A stretch of DNA of 63,788 nucleotides, counting the filler. It is 16 parts of 16 records of this genome, joined end to end, with 100 filler letters (N's around TTAATTAATTAA, not from the genome) between each part and the next. Parts side by side here need not be neighbours in the genome. Positions count along the whole stretch, not along the records: positions 7,591 to 11,203 come from SRR15195285_13733; positions 11,304 to 15,072 come from SRR15195285_13741; positions 15,173 to 18,927 come from SRR15195285_13742; positions 19,028 to 23,411 come from SRR15195285_13765; 12 more parts are not named here. The stretch is one strand, 5' to 3'. This document shows, in pieces, positions 11,174 through 21,010 of the stretch. The translations under genes were made by a program, and so were the position numbers. The number at the start of each line of letters is the position of its first letter. Position 1 is the stretch's first letter. Below the pieces are notes generated by a model that searched no databases, had not been told where the DNA came from, and was given only the letters and a program-made list of their open reading frames with translations.

Positions 11174-11203
11174 CTACTGATCTTTTGGGTAAAACTGATG
11201 ACA
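11174..11203 (-). repeat. 30-nt repeat terminus shared with 34504-34533
   Basis: Reverse complement is TGTCATCAGTTTTACCCAAAAGATCAGTAG, identical to the first 30 nt of the contig starting at 34504. Flanks diverge immediately afterwards. Confidence 0.9.
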
Positions 11204-11303
11204 NNNNNNNNNNNNNNNNNNNNNNNNNNNNNNNNNNNNNNNNNNNNTTAATTAATTAANNNNNNNNNNNNNNNNNNNNNNNNNNNNNNNNNNNNNNNNN
11301 NNN

Positions 11304-13574
11304 AGCACACAGTGTCGAAGCAGCACTCGAGTCAGCCACCCATCCGTCAGCACACTGAATTGTCGAGCAAGCTGCACGAGCCACGCAGCCCGGCTGCCCC
11401 GTCGTGGCCTGTCCGGCTGATGCATCGGACGCACAGGCAACAGTTCCACTCTGAGCCACGTGAGTAGCCTCGTCGCATTTCACATCACAGCTTGAGTCGC
11501 TACTCGTCGTCAGAACCAGTCCGGCAGTGCATGCGTCGCCTGCTGCGTTGTCTGGTACAACTCCAGGTGCAAAGGAAATCGCAGCACACGAGTTCTCGGT
11601 GCAGCATGTCTCCAAGTCTCCTACGCTGGCGTCACAGGATGATCCAATGCACAAATCGTTGGTGGCGTCAGTATCTGCGGACCATCCAGGACTGCAGGAC
11701 AGCTCCGAGCACGCCTGGCGGGATATGCAGGTGAGTACTCCTGTTGGAGTGTCACCCATCTCTGCGTCAGACGCGCAGGTCATTGTCCCTGTCTGCTCAA
11801 CATGTGTCTCTGTGTTACACTTGACGTCGCAGGTAGTGTCACTGTCTGTCGTGAGGCGAAGCCCGTGGACGCAGCCATCGCCACTGCTACTATCTGGGAC
11901 CACTCCGTTGTCCATTGCAATTGCTGCGCACGCGTTTTCATTGCAGCCGTTGAACTCGAACTGCGTGCTGTCTGTCGGACACAACACGGTTGCGATGCCA
12001 GAAAATCCGGGTCGACAACTGATCTCTACTGCTGTTGGTACCCCACTGCAGGCTGTGGACGCGTACGTGCAGCCTGGCAGCGATTGGCACTTTTCCTCTG
12101 CATCAGCGCCATCGCGGCTGAGGAAGTTGTCGGAGCAGAGAAACTGCCCCTTCAGTCCTCCCACTGTACTGCTTGCGGCGGTGTCCGCGGCAATGCTGTA
12201 CCCTGTGCGCGAGCCAGAGTTGGACTCACAGAGCTCACAATCCCCTACACCTGGCGAGCAAGCCCTCTTCGCGCCATCTGCAGCCTCGCACACGAGTCCA
12301 CCTCCTGATGCCTCAGTACTGACAGCGTACACGCTCGAGCAGTCGCTTCGGCATTCTCCCCACGCACCTACACAGTCAACAGGAGGCTCACACTGGCAGC
12401 TGTCATAGTTCTGGTCGCCAGCTGCTGTTACAGCCCAGCAGGATGTATCACCTGTCCCATCTAGTGGGGAGCAGCACTCGTTGTATGTGTAGGTAGCGTC
12501 CCAGCAGTGCCGCACCCGGCCTATCTGCGCATTCCACCGACTTGCAGAGGTTGAGCCGTACTTAGTATCGAACTCTGCTCGAGTAGAGTATTCACCAACT
12601 GCAGGATCCAGCCGAGCTTCTGCACCGTCCAGGAGGAAATGTCCGTGCCACGACTCACAGTTGGCGCCAGTATAGCCAGCCAGGCAGACGCACGTGCCGG
12701 TGGTGGCATCACATGCGCCGTGCACCCCACAGTCCAGACTAGCGCATGGATTCTCACACAAGCAGTTCTCGTATGTGGTGTCACCGAACCAGCAAGTGGG
12801 ATCGCCAGAACCAGCTGGCGAACAGCACCGGTCGAAGGTAAAGGTGGGATCCCAGCAGACTGCCTCCAGTCCGGCCGCGCTGTCCCACTCGTCGGACCCA
12901 CTGTTGTACGCTGCCAGGAAGTCCGCACGCGTGTAGAGGTTGCCGTCGCTGCCATCGAGGCGGTAGACCACCGGCTGTGCATGAAATCCGTGCCAGGTGT
13001 TGCAGTATGGAGCGACCGCACCGATGGCGCGCCCTTCCTTCCCGTCCTGCCCCACCCACCCAGGCGCACAGTGGCAAACCGACGAGTCACCGTTGCTGAC
13101 GCACGTTCCATGACCACAATCCACGTTCCGGCAAGGATCCTGATCGAGGCAGCATGTCTCGAAGCGACCCGGAACGACCGGATCGCTGCCCCAGCAAACC
13201 GTGCAGTCGCCACTCGCGCAGGCCAGGCCTGCGCCGGAGGCCTCCGGGAAATTGAGGGCCACCTGGCAGCAGTTCGCGAAGAACGGGGTGCCCGCCTGGT
13301 ACGAGGACGAGAAGCACGCGGGCTCAGAGTCCGCCTCCGGCAGCGTGCCGCAGCGCCCACAGCTTTGCGCACAGACGTCCTCGACCCGCAGTCCCGTCTT
13401 CAACACAGATTCGCAGTGGCTTAGCTGGCCGTCAACCGTAGAGACGTACGACGCACAGTTGTCGTCGCCTGCGGCGTTGGCGCAAGCTTGAGCCCTGGCC
13501 ACCTCTGCTTGGAACACTCCCAGCAACGGCGCCACTAGCCAGTGGTGGGGCAGCGCTGAAGACGCACGCCACAT
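11304..13574 (-). CDS. Secreted or surface cysteine-rich protein with ShK-like, EGF-like and sushi-like repeats (3'-truncated)
   Basis: Signal peptide. VCAQSCGRC (ShK-like). EGF units PCRNVDCGHGTC...CHCAPGWVG and PCASLDCGVHGAC...CVCLAGYTGANC. Repeated CWDxT(F/Y)T(F/Y)xxCC and CDVKC...C units. Confidence 0.85.
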
Positions 13575-14181
13575 GGCCGCACACGCTCCTACAGCGCGGC
13601 GCGATCCCCCTGACGCATCGGGTTATGTATCACCACGCAGCGAGCCCGCTGCACTGAACCAGCGAACGCGCAGTCCGCAGAGAGCCGGCGAGGCATGCGT
13701 GCGGCCATGCACGTGGAGCGCATGCAAGCCCATCCAGCCAACCTGACGAAATCGGCAATTCGAGCAACGTCACGTGTGGTGCTAGATCTCTCATCTCTGG
13801 TAGGATCCTCTAGAGCAATCCTGGCCGGGCTGTTCCCGAGTTTCGTTGCATCACCATGCATGTGTTCACATGCATGCAGCTGGCCAGCTCAGCTGTCTGC
13901 CGATTGTCTGGAGTCTCCAGTGCATTGGTACTGGCCTCTAGAGCCTACAGTGTACTGGTGACCCCGCCTCAGACGGTGCTGGTCGGGAGGCCCTCGAGCG
14001 ATCCACACGCTCATGGGACTCATGCATCGAAGATCGATCGCGTGCAGCCACGCGCTCCGCCGGCGCCGGCCGGCGCCGGGCGCGGGCCTGATGCCCTGCA
14101 TATTGCATGACGCGTGACTCCGTCCGATCCGGGCGCGCCACAAGCATCCACGTAGATATCCCTTGGAGCGCCAGCGGTGGG

Positions 14182-14735
14182 ATGCCCCATCCAGATGCGC
14201 TCGCTCGCCTGGTCGCCAACGAAGAAGAGCAAGCAGAGCTGTCGCGTCGCCAGTCTGAGCTTTCGCGTCGGCTGTCTGAGCTGGCGACGGAGCACGCGGA
14301 GCTGGCGCAGCTCGCAGCACTTGCGACTCCACCAGCGCTCTCCAATTTTCCAACAGGGCTGCTCCAGCACATCTTGCTGTGGGCGACCGATCATGATGAC
14401 TTGCTACGCCACGCTAGCGTATGTGCCTGCGTCTGCTCAGACTGGCATCGAATAGTTCTATCTAGCAGTGCTTACGGCTTCGGCTGGGCAGTGGGAGCCC
14501 GGACCCGCCACCACGTCGAGGAGAGGCGGGCTGAGAGAGGGAGGGTGCTGCAGGTCATTAGCAACGCCTTGTGGGTGGCTCGTGCATTGTCTACCGACGA
14601 GAGCAGAAAGCTACATCTTGCCGACGAAAGGATCAGCGACAATGGTGGCCGTGCACTGGGAAAAGCGCTGCAAGCCTGGTCCTGCCCACTAGCACTGACA
14701 TCAATCGATCTTTCGAGCAATGGCCAGCTGTATAG
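14182..14735 (+). CDS. F-box/LRR protein (3' part interrupted or unresolved)
   Basis: F-box-like LSNFPTGLLQHILLW...VCACVCSDWHRIV, then LRR LHLADERISDNGGRALGKAL...LTSIDLSSN. Recognisable similarity stops after about 1.5 LRRs. Confidence 0.65.
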
Positions 14736-14806
14736 TACTACCGTGTGCGGGACGTGCGACGACGGAGGCGGGAAGCGACGTGCGCAGATAGCTTCTTCCT
14801 GCCCAC

Positions 14807-15070
14807 TCAAGGACTTCGACCGCACGCCATACACCCCAGTTTCTTCAGCTCTTGGATTGTTTGCTCGTCAAAACCCTCTTTGGGTAGACCCATTTTCTCC
14901 ATCGTCAATTTCACCTCGGGTACTCGGTCTCCTCTACGCTTGAAATATTTGTCCACCAGAGCTTTGATCCGACCTGCGTGGTCTTCCTTGATGCCGACTA
15001 TGACCTTCTTCAGGCTGTCACGATATTTTGTCGCTTCTTCCGTATGAGGCGCTCGCCGGATAGTGTGATC
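14807..15070 (-). CDS. 3' end of an unidentified Lys/Glu-rich ORF
   Basis: Frame is open from the contig edge: DHTIRRAPHTEEATKYRDSLKKVIVGIKEDHAGRIKALVDKYFKRRG...LGCMACGRSP*. Confidence 0.45.
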   Translation of the reverse strand, partial: DHTIRRAPHTEEATKYRDSLKKVIVGIKEDHAGRIKALVDKYFKRRGDRVPEVKLTMEKMGLPKEGFDEQTIQELKKLGCMACGRSP

Positions 15071-15172
15071 CTNNNNNNNNNNNNNNNNNNNNNNNNNNNN
15101 NNNNNNNNNNNNNNNNTTAATTAATTAANNNNNNNNNNNNNNNNNNNNNNNNNNNNNNNNNNNNNNNNNNNN

Positions 15173-15304
15173 GGCATAAGGGCCTTATGCCCGGTGTCAC
15201 ACTCGCTGGTGCAAAATTTGTTCAAAAAGTGCTCGCTGGCGCAAAGTCCCGATTTCTCCCGATTTCTCCGACGCCGCGAAATATTGGCGTTTTAGCTCAC
15301 TGTG
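15173..15304. mobile_element. Half of a probable palindromic MITE with a Transib/RSS-like CACAGTG terminus
   Basis: Contig starts on the palindrome GGCATAAGG-G-CCTTATGCC. Internal direct repeats CACTCGCTGG/GCTCGCTGG and (CCCGATTTCT)x2. Ends with CACTGTG; the reverse complement reads CACAGTGAGCTAAAACGCC. Confidence 0.55.
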
Positions 15305-15431
15305 AACCTTTGCCTTGCCCGCCTACTAGCAGGCTACCAGCGAGAGGCTTCAAGGGAGTGTGAACGCTTGGCACAATCATGCGACGCGCTTCAATTTCAT
15401 TCATATTATTTTGAGGCGTGGCGATATCATA

Positions 15432-18242
15432 TCACATTTCCTCAATCGAAAAGCGGAATTGCGTCGTCTCATCTGCCTCTTGATAATTCACTCCGACGAC
15501 GCCAAACGGATACCACTGGGGGTAGCCGGAAATCGTGAAGAGATTAGCGTGCAGGTTGATCCCCAGACCGTCAATCATGACGTCGGTGACTCGCTGTTGC
15601 TGACCCACGCGCTGCTGTGCCCCGCCTTTACTCTTGATGTCTTGCTTGAAGCACGACTTGAGCAGTGAGTTCTCGGGCGTGAGTGCGCTGTCTGCCACCT
15701 TGTTGAGGACGGGGCAGGCCATCCCGGCGTCAAGGGTACCGAGCAGCAGCCCGTGTGGAGCCCCCACGCCAGTCGTCGTGTAGCGGACACCGGTCCAGAG
15801 CGCATGCTGGTATTGGTTCCCACCACCTGTCACATTGGCAGGGCTCACCCACTCGCCCAGCTTGTCAATCTCCCACCGGTGGCCTGCCCGTGCAAATGGA
15901 CGATGGAATAACATCAGAGACTCCTGCATTCGTGTGGCAGTCTTGTTCCGCCAGGTGAGGCTGACATCGAGCCGACTTTTAACGGGATCGATCGTGTACT
16001 CGGCTGTGACTGACGCAGGCGCGCCATACTCGCGATGCAGCGACTCGTTGAAGCTCAGCTCGAGTACGACGCTGCAGCCCGGGTCGCCACGAAGCTCCGC
16101 TGCCCGCATCCTGAATCCAAGCAGCGTCGGTGTGTATGCGCCAGCAATTGGATTCGGGCAACTACTTTCGTTGCATACAACGCCCTGCCTGTCTTCCGGC
16201 CGGAACTTGAGATACCTTAGATCCATGAGCCGCGACCACGGCTGATCGCTGCCACGAAATGTCAGGCGGTCTAGTGCTCCGGTTGACGAAAACTCGAGGA
16301 TCGTCCCGCGGCAATTGATCGTGCGGCCGCTGGCACCGGCGCTGAGGTCGATCGGTATCACAGGTGCAAGCTCGGTGAGTGGTCGGGGCACGAGTGCCTC
16401 GAGCTCGCGCCGGACAAACGGCACCAGCGGATGCGCCGTGGGGATAGCGCTTATCGCGAGCTGATTGAACAACCTGCCCTCAATCCACGAGTCGTCCGCC
16501 CCTGGGAAACCATTCGTGGTGAGAGAATGATGCGCCTGAAACGCGTCGTTCTTCCACCACGCATTTGCGGGGCAGGACGTGCCGGGTATGCCATCCGACT
16601 TCCAGATGCAAGATTGCGAGCCGGGCTGCATTCCATTGCCCTGCACCCCTTGCGTGTGCTCAGAGTTCTTCGTAATGAAGCGGGTGAAATTTCGCATCAC
16701 TGGATCGCGCAACGAGCATCCTCCTGAGGCCATACAGTCTGCACGGGCGCGAACGAGCGCACGGTAGGTTGCAAGACGGCCAGGGTCGTTCACCATTCCG
16801 CGAACCCATGAGTCACCCCACTCAGACGAATAGCGTGGCAGCGTTGCAATCTCTGCCGCGCTGATGTCTGCGACAAAGCGATCCCACGTAGACCCTACTA
16901 CCGTCGTGGCATTGGGAAAGACGGCTCGCACTAATTCGAAGATCTTTCGCACCTCGGCCGCAGAACTCGGTGGGCCTGTATTGTCTGCAAGTACAGCACT
17001 CGCAAGAGCGATCCCACCTGCAGGAGTGACGATCATGTTGTCTAGCCGCGTGAAGCCTCCATAACTTGTGCCAACATCCACAAGCGGTATGTCAGCAGGC
17101 GTATCGTATTGGGCTTTGTGGTAGAGTACGAGGATCTCCTCATCAGAGGCGGGGTCGTGCCACCTCCACATTGCGGAGCTCTGGTTCCGCCAGGTCTCTC
17201 CCATAAATTCCGTCGGGATGTTACCACTGCATGCGCCTGTGCATGGATAGTGGCTGCCGACATTTGCGAGGATGTTCAGCGCAGTAGCCCCGCCCTGTTT
17301 GAGCACGGGGATGCTCGAGCGAGCGAACCCAGGCACATCAACGTTGCTCCAGACGCGTGTGGTCTTGGTGAGGTTGTAGCGCTCATTTAGGGCGCCAGCG
17401 ATGTCGAGCATGCCCTCGAACATGCTTGGCTCACCAACCACCCCTGAATTGAGATTCATTGGCGAATCCGCCCATAGGAGATCGCCTCTGCGCACTGCGG
17501 CGTCGAAGGCCGCGACCTGGGCGCTCGTCGGGCATCGGAGTTGCCCACTATGCTCGAATTCGCATCCGTCCTGGACTTTCCAAGCAACACAGTCAACGTA
17601 CAGGCTGGCGATCCATGGATGAATCGTATACGCAAACCGACCATCAGTTCTGGTTCCAGTTCCAGCCTCCAGCTCCGAATTGATCTCTGCTGCTAGCCTC
17701 ATCGCAAGCGGGATGTACTCATCGAAGTACACTTGTATGACAGTGGTGGCAAAGCCTGTGCAAAACTCGACGATGTTGATGCCCAGGTTCAAGCCAACGT
17801 CTAGATGGTGCGAGAAGACTAGATGCACCGTATGGACACTCTCATCCGTTGCGGGCGCCTGCTTTGGCGGCTCCAACCCAGCACAGTAGTTGACGATGTC
17901 GTCGTTGTCGCAACCAGCTGCCAGCATTGCTGTTGCGTGAGTGCCCGCGCACTCCGCGCACGCAAACGTGCACGGCGGGTCTGCTTTTCGGCATGGGTTT
18001 CCACATGCGGACTGTAAGGCAGTATCACAGGACGCGGACCTCATGGAAACTGCCCTGCCGCCTGTGGTCATCTCAACGTCATCGCTCTTCAAGGCTCCGT
18101 AGGAAATGTGGCCAATCATTTGCCGCAGCGTCGGTACCTTAGTCACAAGCGGTGTCTCCGCAGCGTCACCCGCTGTCGCCGCTGTGAGGACGGCAGCAAA
18201 GATCACTGCCGCTCCTCCTGGCCACGTGGCTGGATTTGGCAT
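15432..18242 (-). CDS. Secreted GH38-like / DUF5054-type glycoside hydrolase with an N-terminal small Cys-rich module
   Basis: Signal peptide from MPNPATWPGG. VHLVFSHHLDVG, NVDVPG, DNTGPP and EWGDSW motifs. C-terminal WRNKTATRMQES...WEIDKLGEWVSPANV...HALWTGVRY typical of DUF5054. Confidence 0.8.
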   Translation of the reverse strand: MPNPATWPGGAAVIFAAVLTAATAGDAAETPLVTKVPTLRQMIGHISYGALKSDDVEMTTGGRAVSMRSASCDTALQSACGNPCRKADPPCTFACAECAGTHATAMLAAGCDNDDIVNYCAGLEPPKQAPATDESVHTVHLVFSHHLDVGLNLGINIVEFCTGFATTVIQVYFDEYIPLAMRLAAEINSELEAGTGTRTDGRFAYTIHPWIASLYVDCVAWKVQDGCEFEHSGQLRCPTSAQVAAFDAAVRRGDLLWADSPMNLNSGVVGEPSMFEGMLDIAGALNERYNLTKTTRVWSNVDVPGFARSSIPVLKQGGATALNILANVGSHYPCTGACSGNIPTEFMGETWRNQSSAMWRWHDPASDEEILVLYHKAQYDTPADIPLVDVGTSYGGFTRLDNMIVTPAGGIALASAVLADNTGPPSSAAEVRKIFELVRAVFPNATTVVGSTWDRFVADISAAEIATLPRYSSEWGDSWVRGMVNDPGRLATYRALVRARADCMASGGCSLRDPVMRNFTRFITKNSEHTQGVQGNGMQPGSQSCIWKSDGIPGTSCPANAWWKNDAFQAHHSLTTNGFPGADDSWIEGRLFNQLAISAIPTAHPLVPFVRRELEALVPRPLTELAPVIPIDLSAGASGRTINCRGTILEFSSTGALDRLTFRGSDQPWSRLMDLRYLKFRPEDRQGVVCNESSCPNPIAGAYTPTLLGFRMRAAELRGDPGCSVVLELSFNESLHREYGAPASVTAEYTIDPVKSRLDVSLTWRNKTATRMQESLMLFHRPFARAGHRWEIDKLGEWVSPANVTGGGNQYQHALWTGVRYTTTGVGAPHGLLLGTLDAGMACPVLNKVADSALTPENSLLKSCFKQDIKSKGGAQQRVGQQQRVTDVMIDGLGINLHANLFTISGYPQWYPFGVVGVNYQEADETTQFRFSIEEM

Positions 18243-18779
18243 CTGCGGAGGTTTCGCCCTTAGCCCACGCAGCGAGCGAGCGAGCGCCACTCGAGCGAGG
18301 CAGCGCGCCTGCCGCCGCGGCCGCCGTCAACACATGTACTGTGGCCACCACACCTTGTGCGCCTCGACGCCGCCCACACAGATGCCCGGAACTGGCTCCG
18401 ATGAGCACCCAAACACCCTAGCTAACAACTGGCCGAAAATCTTCCGGCAGGTCTGCGTCCCTGCTGCAGAGCCCCAGCACGACCAGCGCTGGCACGTCGC
18501 CCACGCACACAGCCCCTGCAGCTACTCGCGCGTACGATACGTACGAGTACACCTTAATTACTTCCATGATTACTTCATTACACTTTACAGTCGCTATTTT
18601 AAAATACGGACGAGAGGGGAATTTCTGTCCCCCCAGTGCCCAGGTTCGAATGAATACACGCGTGTACACAGCTGTCGATACCGGTACATGTATAGTACAT
18701 GTAGATGATGTACATGTACTAGATCCGACTCTAATACATTTTTCTTACTAGATCTAGTAGGAAGTTCCTAGCATGTGTA

Positions 18780-18927
18780 CACTGGAATTCTGCATGGTCC
18801 CACCGGAGCAGTGATTTGTATGGGACCGCTGGCAGTGATTTGTATGGGACCCCTGCTGGCAGTGATTTGTATGGGAGGGCGGCAGTGATTCGTGTGCGAG
18901 ACACTTTGAAGACGGGGTGCTGCCCTG
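18780..18927. mobile_element. Probable DNA-transposon/MITE end with subterminal repeats
   Basis: TA followed by CACTGGAATTCTGCATGG, then GCAGTGATTTGTATGGGA at 18808, 18832 and 18859 plus a degenerate copy at 18882. The contig breaks inside it. Confidence 0.5.
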
Positions 18928-19312
18928 NNNNNNNNNNNNNNNNNNNNNNNNNNNNNNNNNNNNNNNNNNNNTTAATTAATTAANNNNNNNNNNNNNNNNN
19001 NNNNNNNNNNNNNNNNNNNNNNNNNNNAATCGAAGCAGAACTTGACCCCCTGGTGCGTGGACGCGACGCGTGCGTGGACCGGGACACGTAACGCTGGCAT
19101 ACGCCCGAGCCCCACCACTGGCACGCCAAGGAAGTGAAGCTCCCGACCGACCAAAGGCCCACCCGAGTTGCAAGTGGACACCCCGGTTGGCTCAAAGCTC
19201 CGCCAGGGTGTTCGGAGCCGGTGACTTGCTCGCTCGCATCGCTGACTGGTGGGCAGACGTATGTACATAGAAGAAGAGCTGTAGGTCGGCAGCAGCTGCT
19301 GCCCACGCGCAG

Positions 19313-20422
19313 ATGCCTCCTCCGAGGCGGCGCGCCTCCGCAGCGAGCAGGGTGGAGCGTCCGGCGCGCACGCCAGTCGCGGCGGAGCGGCTGGAGGCGG
19401 ATCGCATTGCGATGGAGCAGAAGGTCGCGAGGTTGCAGACACAGGCGATCAAGCTGCAGGGGAAGCAGGCCCTGCGGCTGGAGGCGTCAGAGGCAATAAA
19501 GCGGGGCGACGTGAAGTCCACAGGCGGGCCCAGCTCCACAGCCAAGATTGCGTCCGGTAGATCTGACATCCGTCGCTCCACAGCTACAGCGTGGCAAAAG
19601 CGTCGTCCGGCCAGCGCCGACAGCAAGGCGATGCCAGCCTCCATGCGGCAGGCGCTGCGTCGCGGCAGCACCAAAGCACAGGAGGATGCCGAACGAGAAT
19701 TCACACCGACTTTGGCTCGACCGAGCTTTCGGTCGAGCGCAGCGCCGCAGCCTGCACCGGATGAGCATGTGCTGCGGCAGCTGCTTGCAACTGCTCGATC
19801 TGATCGCACGAGTCGTGCCGCTAGCCCAACTTCGAGTTCACCCGCCAGCGCTCGTGGCGACAGAGCCAGCACAGCCTGGTCACCAGATCGGGCAGCGCGT
19901 GATTCTGCCCTTCATTTTAGCCCGCAACGACGGCGCAATCCAGGCCTCGTCACAGGGTCTCCACCGTGGCCACTTCACCGCGTGGCTGTCTCGCAAGCTG
20001 TGGCGGAGTCTTTGTCGCTGCGAGGCGATACCAGCGACGTGCTGCACTCGCGTTCAAGCAGCCTCGCCGAATACCGGCAACGACATTGCGTCCCACCACA
20101 GTACGATATCAGCTACCTTGACGATAACGACGCATATCTTGATCAGTGTGATGGCTCGTGGCACCGTCGCGAGCGGAAGTCCAGGATCCCCAGCGCGCAG
20201 GACGCCGAAGCACTGAGGATCCTGCTCCGCAACGGCATGGCCAACACGAGGTTCTCACATTGCAACACCGACGCGCAGACTGATCAACCGGCGGAAGAAT
20301 CAGAGCCCAGAGCTGATGACAGGCTGTATGTGCAGTCTGCTGAGAATGTTCTGGCCAAAGTGTTCGAGGAGCTGTCGAAAGTACGTCAATCTCGCTATGC
20401 ATTTATTTTGGAAGGCGAATAA
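19313..20422 (+). CDS. Hypothetical protein, Arg/Ser-rich with an N-terminal coiled coil (probably spliced at 3' end)
   Basis: 369-aa ORF. A donor-like AAA/GTACGT near 20381 suggests further exons. No recognisable domain. Confidence 0.55.
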   Translation: MPPPRRRASAASRVERPARTPVAAERLEADRIAMEQKVARLQTQAIKLQGKQALRLEASEAIKRGDVKSTGGPSSTAKIASGRSDIRRSTATAWQKRRPASADSKAMPASMRQALRRGSTKAQEDAEREFTPTLARPSFRSSAAPQPAPDEHVLRQLLATARSDRTSRAASPTSSSPASARGDRASTAWSPDRAARDSALHFSPQRRRNPGLVTGSPPWPLHRVAVSQAVAESLSLRGDTSDVLHSRSSSLAEYRQRHCVPPQYDISYLDDNDAYLDQCDGSWHRRERKSRIPSAQDAEALRILLRNGMANTRFSHCNTDAQTDQPAEESEPRADDRLYVQSAENVLAKVFEELSKVRQSRYAFILEGE

Positions 20423-21010
20423 GGCTTGCGTTCGCGCTGCCTTAAGCCACACGATCCCCTCTTCATTCAACATCCTAGGTGACAGAGTCCTTTTCGAGTC
20501 GTCACTCACGCGTCTCAACGCTTGTGTTTTGAATAGGCTTTCGATGCATTCTCACCTGCACATGGAGCACTACTGCGCGAGGCGCTCGAGGAGCAGAGAA
20601 AGCTGCATCGGGATGTTGTTCGCTGACTTGGCTGCGTTATGCATCCATCGGTGTGGAATCGGTGACCCAGTCGTCCATGAGACCCATGAGACGAGCGCCC
20701 AAGGGCTTGTGGGCACACGAGAAACCAGTGGCTCATGGAATAGGAGTACTGCAATACATGTAGAGAAAATGCTAAAAAGGGGGGGCTCCAGCACACACCC
20801 CGAGTCAGAGTTTTTCGTCACTTGATATTTTCACGTCTCGTTCCGTTCGCGAAGTCGGCGTCGCGCAAGGATCAAAGTGCCGTTTCATATGCCAGGGCGG
20901 AACTGCCTGGTCGGTGCTGTATACCCAGTCAAACGAGTATACAAAGAAATGATCAGATGAGTTTTCAGTGCTGATCAAATGGTTGAGTCTAAACGTTGTT
21001 TCAATTCAAT

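Noticed and set aside
18808-18899. Repeat-spacer-like array suggesting CRISPR
   Set aside because: Repeats are 18 nt with only 5-9 nt similar spacers, there are no cas genes, and the context is eukaryotic.
19028-19250. Possible divergent WD-repeat gene start (GVHLQLGWAFG ... GVKFCFD)
   Set aside because: Too short and no consistent exon model.
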